Of a DNA stretch of 64,000 nt, positions 30,602 through 38,575 are shown piece by piece; position 1 is the stretch's first letter; each line of letters starts with the position of its first letter. The stretch lies in the NCBI GenBank assembly GCA_017404385.1, contig JAFRCK010000031.1:13799-77798 (forward strand), read 5' to 3'. The notes under the pieces were generated by a model. That model did not search any database and was not told the DNA's origin. It was given only the letters and a program-made list of their open reading frames with translations. The stretch comes from Bacilli bacterium. GTDB taxonomy: Bacteria; Bacillota_I; Bacilli_A; RF39; UBA660. Made by a program: the position numbers and the translations under genes.

Positions 30602-31608
30602 TGAGCAAGTTAATTAACGATATTTTAATAATTGGTAATGTGGATTACGAAATTAAAAGAACTGAACTTAAACAAAAAGATTTAAAGTTTTTTCCTGAAA
30701 ATCCAAGGGTATTTAGTGTTTTAAATATGACAGATGAAGAGCCTACGCAGGAACAAATAGAAGAAATAATGTGTAAAACAGAACATGTGAAAAAATTAAA
30801 AGAATCAATTAAATCTAATGGAGGTTTAATTGATCCTATATTTGTAAGAGATGGAGATATGGTTGTTTTAGAAGGAAATAGTAGGTTAGCGGCATATAGA
30901 ATTTTACATAAGCAAAATCCTATTAGATGGTCTAAGCTTAAGGCAATATTGTTACCAAAGGATATTCCTGATTCAGCAGTTTTTTCTCTGTTAGGACAAT
31001 TTCATATTATAGGAAGAAAAGATTGGGAACCATATGAACAGGCAGGTTATTTATATAGGACATTATGTGATACTAATAAGACTATTGAAATATTGGCAGC
31101 AGAATTAGGTATTACAAAATCTTCTATAAAAAAATTAATTGACGTCTATGAATACATGCTTGAAAATGGTGATAATCATCCAAGCAAATGGAGTTATTAC
31201 GAAGAATTATTAAAGAATCGTGGTATTAAGAAAGCGTTTGAAGAAGTACCAGGATTAGAAGATAAAATTATAGATGACATTAAAAACAATAAAATTCGTA
31301 TGGCAATTGACATAAGAAAATTAGGAGATATTAGTAAAGTTAATGATAATCTTTCTAGAAGAATATTAAATGACATTGCGAACGGGGAAAGAGATATTTA
31401 TAGTGGATATGAAGTGGTTGAGGATACTGGAAAAATGGATAATAATTATCAATATATTAAAAATTTTAAAGAAAAAATTCTAAATTCATCTTCAACAGGA
31501 AAATTGTTGAAAGATAAAAATATTAATGATATAGAATTTGAATTGAAAAAAATACAAAAAATAATTGAAAATATTTTATTGAATATAGAAAAAGATAAAA
31601 AACAATAA
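30601..31608 (+). CDS. ParB/Srx-superfamily (ParB-like nuclease domain) protein, paralog 2
   Basis: FPENPRVFSV (NPR box). IDPIFVRDGDMVVLEGNSRLAAYRIL. Start overlaps the SNF2 stop (TAATG). Confidence 0.6.
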   Translation: MSKLINDILIIGNVDYEIKRTELKQKDLKFFPENPRVFSVLNMTDEEPTQEQIEEIMCKTEHVKKLKESIKSNGGLIDPIFVRDGDMVVLEGNSRLAAYRILHKQNPIRWSKLKAILLPKDIPDSAVFSLLGQFHIIGRKDWEPYEQAGYLYRTLCDTNKTIEILAAELGITKSSIKKLIDVYEYMLENGDNHPSKWSYYEELLKNRGIKKAFEEVPGLEDKIIDDIKNNKIRMAIDIRKLGDISKVNDNLSRRILNDIANGERDIYSGYEVVEDTGKMDNNYQYIKNFKEKILNSSSTGKLLKDKNINDIEFELKKIQKIIENILLNIEKDKKQ

Positions 31609-31619
31609 TGGAGTTTAAA

Positions 31620-32000
31620 ATGAAAAAAAGAGTCTTTATATTTATAATAATGGTATTACCTTTACTATGCTTGATTGTACTTGACTTTATAAATATAACA
31701 AAATATTTTCCGTTTACTAAAAGTTATGACTGGCTTTCTTTTTTTGGGGCATATATATCTGGTCTATGTACCTTGATTTTAGGAATTGTATCTATAAAGC
31801 AAAATAATACTCTATCTAATTTAAATAAAAAAATGTTGAATAATGATGTTGTTTCATCTAGTTTTTCAAAAATTGATGTAGAAAATGAACATTTCTATGA
31901 AAAGGTACCATTGCTTCCATTGGATAAAGCGTATGGAATTATTATGAAGGAAAATTGGAATAATAAAAATGATACTAATTATCATAGATTTATTATATAA
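31620..32000 (+). CDS. Small 2-TM membrane protein
   Basis: Hydrophobic helices. RBS AATGGAG. Distal part of the island operon. Confidence 0.4.
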   Translation: MKKRVFIFIIMVLPLLCLIVLDFINITKYFPFTKSYDWLSFFGAYISGLCTLILGIVSIKQNNTLSNLNKKMLNNDVVSSSFSKIDVENEHFYEKVPLLPLDKAYGIIMKENWNNKNDTNYHRFII

Positions 32001-32048
32001 TTAAAGGATGAAAATAATTTACCATTAAAAAATGCAATTATAAAAGAA

Positions 32049-32399
32049 ATGAAATTACATTATAATTCTGATAAGAGATATGGTGGTGATATTAAAACTT
32101 TTACTTCGGATAGTAAACCAGTTAAATTGGAGGTAACTACGCATGAAGATAAAATTACTTATTATTTACCTATATGTATTGTAGGAGATAATGAATTGTT
32201 AAATAATATATACAGTGGTAAAAATATTACTATTGAGGCAATATTTTATATAAAAAATGTTTTTAATGTTGTATCTGAAGGAGATTATACAATTCACTTT
32301 AACAAAAGAAATCAAAAAAGTGAGAATTGGATTCATTATGATTTATATGGCAGAAAAATTTATTTTAAAAACATTTATTATGATGATGAAAATAATTAA
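32049..32399 (+). CDS. Hypothetical protein (116 aa), last island gene
   Basis: ORF followed by a strong terminator at 32413..32451. Confidence 0.35.
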   Translation: MKLHYNSDKRYGGDIKTFTSDSKPVKLEVTTHEDKITYYLPICIVGDNELLNNIYSGKNITIEAIFYIKNVFNVVSEGDYTIHFNKRNQKSENWIHYDLYGRKIYFKNIYYDDENN

Positions 32400-32412
32400 T
32401 TATATTTGGTTT

Positions 32413-32451
32413 AAAAAAAACATATATAGATAAAACTATATATGCTTTTTT
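32413..32451 (+). terminator. Rho-independent terminator closing the island operon
   Basis: CATATATAG-ATAAAA-CTATATATG followed by CTTTTTT. Confidence 0.75.
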
Positions 32452-32682
32452 AGTGAAAAAATCATATCCTATTTTAGATTCCATTTACATCCCATTTTAG
32501 ATGTTTTTGTGGCATCTAAAATTTTAATTAAAAATGAACTACAGTGTACAAACCCTTATTTTATATGGAAAAATGTGAAATGGTGTGTACGAATCAATGA
32601 CTAAAATATTCGGCCCCCTGAAGAGAGCAATTATAGTATTATATTAATTGTATTTTTGTTATAATAAACATGGGTGATTTTT

Positions 32683-33069
32683 ATGTTAATTGTAGTCGCA
32701 GCTTTAATAGAGAAAGATAATAAAGTTTTAGTAGCGAGACGTTCTACTGGTGACGAGAGTGTATTTGGTAAGTGGGAATTTCCTGGTGGAAAGGTTAATG
32801 AGAATGAAGATGAAAAGGATGCAATTGAAAGAGAAATAAATGAAGAATTTGAGTTAAATATAAAAGCAAAAGAATATGTAGTCAATAATGTTTGTAAGTA
32901 TCCTACTAAAACTGTTGATTTAAGATTGTATAGATGCGATTATATATCTGGTGAATTTCATTTGCATGATCACTTTGAATATGTATGGGTAGAAAAGAGT
33001 AAATTATTAGATTATGATTTAGCTCCTGCTGATATCCCACTAGCTAAATATGTTATGGGAAAAAAATAA
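32683..33069 (+). CDS. NUDIX hydrolase (MutT-like)
   Basis: Nudix box GGKVNENEDEKDAIEREINEEFEL. RBS GGGTGA. Extended -10 TGTTATAAT. Confidence 0.85.
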   Translation: MLIVVAALIEKDNKVLVARRSTGDESVFGKWEFPGGKVNENEDEKDAIEREINEEFELNIKAKEYVVNNVCKYPTKTVDLRLYRCDYISGEFHLHDHFEYVWVEKSKLLDYDLAPADIPLAKYVMGKK

Positions 33070-33269
33070 AAATATATATTTCTAAACTAGATGCATCAGT
33101 TAATTTAAGTAAAGAATATAAAGGATTTACTACTAATAATTCAGATGGAACATTATTCATTAATAGATTTAAAATCATTAAAAACAAACTAAAATGTCTA
33201 TTTTTAATTGTCTAAAAATCTATTTAATGTTATTATGGAGGTAGCATATAATGAATAGGAGGTGTATAT

Positions 33270-33647
33270 ATGAAAAAGTTTAAATTCTTAGTAGCTTTAC
33301 TAGCTGTAGTAACTGTAATTACATTAACTGGTTGTGGTAAAAAAGATCTTAGTAAATATGCTGGGACATATGAAGGTAATTATACTAAATTAGTTGGTGA
33401 TTCAACAAAAAATACAGATGAAGAATTCTCATTAGATTTAAAAGAAGACGGAACTGGTAAACATAATAGAGATGGAATGAGTTTTGATGTTACTTGGTCA
33501 GTAGATGGTGAAAAATTTACTATGGAAGAAACATTTGTTGGTGATCCAATCGAATATGAAGGAACTTTAAAAGATGGTGAATTACATCTTTATAATGGTG
33601 ATAAAACAAATGACTTCACTTATGAATATTTCTATTCAAAAAAATAA
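33270..33647 (+). CDS. Small lipoprotein
   Basis: Signal peptide plus lipobox LTGCGKK. Terminator at 33646..33669. Confidence 0.5.
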   Translation: MKKFKFLVALLAVVTVITLTGCGKKDLSKYAGTYEGNYTKLVGDSTKNTDEEFSLDLKEDGTGKHNRDGMSFDVTWSVDGEKFTMEETFVGDPIEYEGTLKDGELHLYNGDKTNDFTYEYFYSKK

Positions 33648-33713
33648 GAATCTTAGGATTCTTTTTTTGTGTCAAAAAATAGGTTAATGACATAGTATAA
33701 TCTAGGGGAGGTT

Positions 33714-34946
33714 ATGCTTATGATAGTCATAGATGCTGGACACGGTGGTTCAGACAAAGGCGCTTCAGGTAATGGTATGTTTGAAAGTGATTACACACTT
33801 TTAATAAGTAAATATATGAAAGATAGGTTTGATGAGTTAGGTATCCCTGCTACCTTAACTAGATCAAGCGATGAGACTTTGACGCCAACTGATAGAGTTA
33901 ATAGAATTTTAAATGCATATGGAAATAATCCATCTGTATTAGTTATATCTAATCATTTGAATGCAGGTGGTGGTGAAGGATCAGAAGTAATATATGCTCT
34001 TAGAAATAATGATAGGCTTGCTAAAAGTATTCTAGATGGGTTATCATCTGCTGGTCAACCAGTTAGAAAAGTATATCAAAGAAGGTTACCTAATGATCCA
34101 ACTAAAGATTATTATTTTATTCATAGAAATACTGGGTCTACAGAACCTTTAATTATAGAATATGGGTTCATTGATAACCAAAATGATGCCAATAGAATCA
34201 AAAATAACTATAAAAAGTATGCTGAAGAGGTAGTTAAAACCATTGCTGATTACAAAGGTTTTACGTACACACCACCAAGAGTATCAGAAGAATACATAGT
34301 TCAAAGAGGAGATACCCTTTGGAATATATCAAAAAAGCTAGATACTACAGTTGATGAGCTAAAAAAACTAAATAATTTGAATAGTAATTTACTATTTGTA
34401 GGCCAAGTATTAAAAGTTCCTTCTTATGAATCAGCAACTGATACTAACGTCACATATATTGTTAAAAAAGGTGACACATTATATTCAATAGCGAGTAGGT
34501 TTAATACTACAGTTAATTCATTAAAGGAATTAAATAATTTAAAAAGTGACTCTTTATCAATTGGCCAATCAATTATTATTCCAGAAACTACATCTGTAAT
34601 AACACCAAGTGAAGATGAAATAATAAATGAAGGAAGCGTTTACGTAGTAGAAAAAGGGGATACTTTATACTCAATCGCTAAAAAGTTTAATACTACTGTG
34701 GACAAAATAAAAAATACTAATTCTATAGTTAATGATATATTAACTATAGGAATGAATTTATTAATACCTACAAATGGTAATACATTAGAAGACATAATTA
34801 TACATACGGTAGAAAGTGGAGATAGTTTATGGAGTTTAGCTAATAAGTATAATACAACAGTAAATGATATTAAACAGTTAAATAATTTATTGTCAGATTT
34901 ATTAATTGTAGGACAAAAATTACAAGTTAAAAGAAATACTAAATAG
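33714..34946 (+). CDS. N-acetylmuramoyl-L-alanine amidase (Amidase_3) with four LysM repeats
   Basis: MIVIDAGHGGSDKGASGNG. ISNHLNAGGG. Four copies of the GDTLWxIS...LKV motif. Confidence 0.9.
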   Translation: MLMIVIDAGHGGSDKGASGNGMFESDYTLLISKYMKDRFDELGIPATLTRSSDETLTPTDRVNRILNAYGNNPSVLVISNHLNAGGGEGSEVIYALRNNDRLAKSILDGLSSAGQPVRKVYQRRLPNDPTKDYYFIHRNTGSTEPLIIEYGFIDNQNDANRIKNNYKKYAEEVVKTIADYKGFTYTPPRVSEEYIVQRGDTLWNISKKLDTTVDELKKLNNLNSNLLFVGQVLKVPSYESATDTNVTYIVKKGDTLYSIASRFNTTVNSLKELNNLKSDSLSIGQSIIIPETTSVITPSEDEIINEGSVYVVEKGDTLYSIAKKFNTTVDKIKNTNSIVNDILTIGMNLLIPTNGNTLEDIIIHTVESGDSLWSLANKYNTTVNDIKQLNNLLSDLLIVGQKLQVKRNTK

Positions 34947-35002
34947 TATTCCTTTTTTTTGCAAAAAGTGTTAATATATTTTTTGTTTTAGGGGATGATA
35001 GA

Positions 35003-36145
35003 ATGTTAGAAAGAACAATGTTTAAAAGAGATGAAAAAAGAAATATATATATTGATAGAGAAGTATTAATTGAAAAGAAAGAAGACTTGGCTGATTTTGT
35101 TACTAATGAACCATTATTAAATAAATCAAAATTTAGTAAATCAGATTTTCCACAGGAAATTAAATTTAATAACGCAATTGAAGGAATAGATGATGACGTT
35201 AATGAGATAAGTTCATTATTAAGTAGAATGTTTGTTAGTGTTAATAGAGATAAAAAAAGAATTACTAATGTTTATAAAGCTTATAAATATATATTAAATC
35301 ACAAGAATATAAATAAAGATTCATTAAAGAAACTATATTCTATTTTAAGTGATGGATTACTACAATCATGTGATTCTAGAAGAATGGGGGAATACTACAG
35401 AAACGGTGATGTCTATATAATGAGAGGCATAAGTATGGAAAGATTCTTCCGTGGAGTAGAACCAGAACATGTTTCTGAATACATGGATATATTATTTGAT
35501 TATATTAATAATGATAATAGTGATAAGACTGATATAGATTCATTTATTAAGTCTCAAATAATACATGCTTATTGTGTATATATTCATCCTTATTTTGATG
35601 TTAATGGTAGAACATCTAGAACTTTAGGTATGTGGTATTTATTAAATAAAAAAGATCTAAATTATATTACATTTAATAGATCTATATCATTTTTAAAAAG
35701 TAAATATGAAAAAAGTCTTATTGAATTGAGAGATATGGGAGATATGACTCCATTTTTAAAATATATGTTAGATGCTGAAAGATTGGAATTAGAAAAAGAA
35801 TATATTATTAATAATGTTGAAAAGAATATTGGTAAAAAATTAACTAATGAAGAATATCTTACTTTAGAATACTTCTTAAGTTTAAATGGTAGATTAACAT
35901 TACTTGATTTAATACATATATATAATGATTATAATGCTAAGAAAAAAAAGTTAGATGTATTAGAAGAAAAGATAAATCCATTATTAGAAAAAGGTATATT
36001 AAAAAAGACTTTTGATACTAAACATTATATATCATCTGATTTACCTAATTCTAGAATAGTATTAAATAGAGAATTATTAGATGTAGATGAAAAGAAAATT
36101 AAAAAACTAAGACTTGAACATTATACAAAAGAAAACCAAGATTAA
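35003..36145 (+). CDS. Fic-family protein
   Basis: Fic motif IHPYFDVNGRTSRTL (HPFx[DE]GNGRxxR). RBS AGGGGATGA. Confidence 0.8.
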   Translation: MLERTMFKRDEKRNIYIDREVLIEKKEDLADFVTNEPLLNKSKFSKSDFPQEIKFNNAIEGIDDDVNEISSLLSRMFVSVNRDKKRITNVYKAYKYILNHKNINKDSLKKLYSILSDGLLQSCDSRRMGEYYRNGDVYIMRGISMERFFRGVEPEHVSEYMDILFDYINNDNSDKTDIDSFIKSQIIHAYCVYIHPYFDVNGRTSRTLGMWYLLNKKDLNYITFNRSISFLKSKYEKSLIELRDMGDMTPFLKYMLDAERLELEKEYIINNVEKNIGKKLTNEEYLTLEYFLSLNGRLTLLDLIHIYNDYNAKKKKLDVLEEKINPLLEKGILKKTFDTKHYISSDLPNSRIVLNRELLDVDEKKIKKLRLEHYTKENQD

Positions 36146-36582
36146 TATAATCTTGGACATGTTCCTTGACTAGGTTTATAAAAACAGTGATTTTTATATC
36201 TACCTGAATTTGCTTGATTAAACCAAGTTGATCTACAATTATTACCTGTTCCAGGTGCATAAAACCATAATGCATTAGTAGCAGGATAAAAATCTTCACC
36301 ATCAATTACTCGCTTAGCGAGTTTTTTTTCTTTTGTAGTAGCTGAACTATTAAATAGACTGCTATTTATTCCAGAAAAACCACCAGGGGATTGATATACC
36401 ATATCAGTAATTGATCTTATATTCTTAAAATCTATGCAATTACAAATAACTCTATTGATTGCGACATTTCCTACCATAAGCATTCCTAAATCTCCTTCAC
36501 CTAGGGCTTCTGCTCTCATAAGTCTAGCTAATAAATCCAATTCTTTTGTATTATATGCGACAACTCCCATATTCTTCACCAT
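36142..36582 (-). CDS. Cell-wall hydrolase, SleB/CwlJ family
   Basis: LARLMRAEALGEG...GNVAINRV...NALWFYAP. Convergent 4-nt stop-codon overlap with the Fic gene. Confidence 0.75.
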   Translation of the reverse strand: MVKNMGVVAYNTKELDLLARLMRAEALGEGDLGMLMVGNVAINRVICNCIDFKNIRSITDMVYQSPGGFSGINSSLFNSSATTKEKKLAKRVIDGEDFYPATNALWFYAPGTGNNCRSTWFNQANSGRYKNHCFYKPSQGTCPRLY

Positions 36583-36644
36583 TATATTATATGTTTTTAT
36601 TGATAAAAAGTGAAAAGTATGTTATTATTAATTTGTCCTGATTT

Positions 36645-36718
36645 AGGGGTGTAGTTAAATGGTATAATAGGAGTCTCCAAAACTTTTGTTGGGAGTTCGA
36701 TTCTCTCCACCCCTGCCA
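36645..36718 (+). tRNA. trnW: tRNA-Trp (anticodon CCA)
   Basis: Acceptor AGGGGTG/CACCCCT. Anticodon loop CTCCAAA. T-arm GGGAG-TTCGATT-CTCTC. Discriminator G then CCA. Terminator at 36728..36758. Confidence 0.85.
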
Positions 36719-36745
36719 TAAGTACTTAAAGCTCTAACTTTTTAG

Positions 36746-37411
36746 TTAGAGCTTTTTTATTACTATATACATAATTCTATCAAAATGATTTTCAATTTCG
36801 GTAATTCCGTATTCAATTACTTCAAATTTATTATTTACTTCTTTTAAAAGAGTATCGAAGTTTACAATTCTACAACTTGTTGTAGCTACTTCTATTTCTT
36901 GATTTGATTCTTGGTGAGTCCTTTTAATATCATCAAATGCTTTTGCTATATCACTTATACTTTCTTTTATACCATCACCCATAGTTAGTATTAAAGCATA
37001 TCCATCATCTTCTAGATGATTATATATATAACTATAATATTTATTTCTATCTTCATCTAATACTAACATATGCAAACAAGCAACTGAATAAATAAATCCA
37101 TATTTATTTTGTGAATTATCACTTAATACATCTAATACTTTGTAATTATCTTTGTGGGTAATGTCATTCCTTACGCAATAGTCAATTGCTTCTTGAGATA
37201 TATCGGTTGCCAAAACATTATAATTTTTATTTAATAAGTATCTTGCATCTCTTCCTTCACCACAACCTATTTCAAGCATTTTTTCTCTATCTAGATGATA
37301 CTTTTTAATTATTTCTTCTACTATTTTAGTATTAGAATTTGTAGACCATGCTAACCCTTTATCATGTACTTGTTTATATCTTTTATCATAAGCTTCATAA
37401 TACTTACTCAT
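36746..37411 (-). CDS. Class I SAM-dependent methyltransferase
   Basis: Motif I LEIGCGEGRDARYL. Confidence 0.7.
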   Translation of the reverse strand: MSKYYEAYDKRYKQVHDKGLAWSTNSNTKIVEEIIKKYHLDREKMLEIGCGEGRDARYLLNKNYNVLATDISQEAIDYCVRNDITHKDNYKVLDVLSDNSQNKYGFIYSVACLHMLVLDEDRNKYYSYIYNHLEDDGYALILTMGDGIKESISDIAKAFDDIKRTHQESNQEIEVATTSCRIVNFDTLLKEVNNKFEVIEYGITEIENHFDRIMYIVIKKL

Positions 37412-37565
37412 ATAACCACCTAGCTAAATTATATCATACATTTACTTCTTTAATACTATATGATATATTTTTAATAGTGATCAAAAAGCATGTTTTCGGT
37501 TGTACAACGGATAACTACTCGTGCCATTAAGAATATTAAAGCACTAACTGTTAGTTAGTGTTTTA

Positions 37566-38336
37566 TTATTTTTTGGCTGTTATACCATAGTAACGTCTTA
37601 AAAGTCTTATTTTTCCGTTATATGTATTGTCTTTTATGTATTCATCCAAAATGTTTTCGTCTAAATCATCTGAATAGTAATCTTTATTGTCATCTATTTC
37701 CTCGCTAAAATCATCTATGATAGGTACTTTTTTTAAAAATTCTATGAATAATTCTTTATTCTTAAAATATTCTCTTTCATGTATTGGAATTAGTTCTACA
37801 TCATTAAAACCAGCTTTTAAAACATTTTCATAATCTACTATGCTTATAGGTCTTTTGTCGTAAAAACCTTGTCCTTTACCAAATAATAGTTTTAAATTCC
37901 AACAATCATATTTATCAACACCACTTATTAATAAATATCCACCTTTTTTTAAACACTTGTAAATTTGTTTTGGATCAGTTACAGTGTTTCTAGCTACAAC
38001 TATATCAAAGTAATGCTCTGGTACATCCATTTTTAGATTGTCCATTAATCTGAAAGTTACATCTTTTCTTCCACTTGCTGCTAAATTTTTCTTTGCTGTT
38101 TCTATCATTCCTTCTGAATAATCAGTAGCTAATATTTCTTTTACCTTTGGAAAATACTTTAATACTTTTTCTCCACCACCAGTTCCTAAATCTAGTATTT
38201 TTGCTTCTTTGTTTGCTAATTTGTTTAATAATTCATACAAATCCCATTTTGTTAAAGATTCTGATTCAATTTCAAATTTTGAAAAATCCCAGTCTTTTAT
38301 TTCTTCATAATATTCTTTCTCGTTTATTTTTTTCAT
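37566..38336 (-). CDS. Class I SAM-dependent methyltransferase
   Basis: Motif I ILDLGTGGGEKVLKY. Confidence 0.7.
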   Translation of the reverse strand: MKKINEKEYYEEIKDWDFSKFEIESESLTKWDLYELLNKLANKEAKILDLGTGGGEKVLKYFPKVKEILATDYSEGMIETAKKNLAASGRKDVTFRLMDNLKMDVPEHYFDIVVARNTVTDPKQIYKCLKKGGYLLISGVDKYDCWNLKLLFGKGQGFYDKRPISIVDYENVLKAGFNDVELIPIHEREYFKNKELFIEFLKKVPIIDDFSEEIDDNKDYYSDDLDENILDEYIKDNTYNGKIRLLRRYYGITAKK

Positions 38337-38575
38337 AATTTACCTTCTTTCTTTATTTTTTATGTGGTATTAAAAAAGAACCTCCTTTCATGAACAGCAA
38401 AAATCTACCACAAATTTTTTCTGCGATATTTTTTGTCATTCATGATGAGATTCTAAGGTTCTTATCATTATTAACCTCACTTTTATAAAGTGTCACGGTA
38501 ATAAAACGCGAATAACTAATTGATTTATTACATCTTTAATATAACAATTTTTTTTATTGTTGTCAAATTAATTAG

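Larger units (their letters stand above)
23098..32621. mobile_element. ~9.5 kb genomic island with defence cargo, inserted in the loop of a 13-bp palindrome and flanked by direct repeats CCCCCCTGA / CCCCCTGA
   Basis: Left junction TTAATTGCTCTCTTC-CCCCCCTGA (23083..23106). Right junction CCCCCTGA-AGAGAGCAATTA (32614..32633). The outer flanks are exact inverted repeats. No integrase seen. Confidence 0.55.

Noticed and set aside
23083-32633. Integron cassette / attC interpretation of the island ends
   Set aside because: No intI, no attI, and the island is a multi-operon 9.5-kb block rather than a promoterless cassette. The palindrome is perfect rather than attC-like with extrahelical bases.
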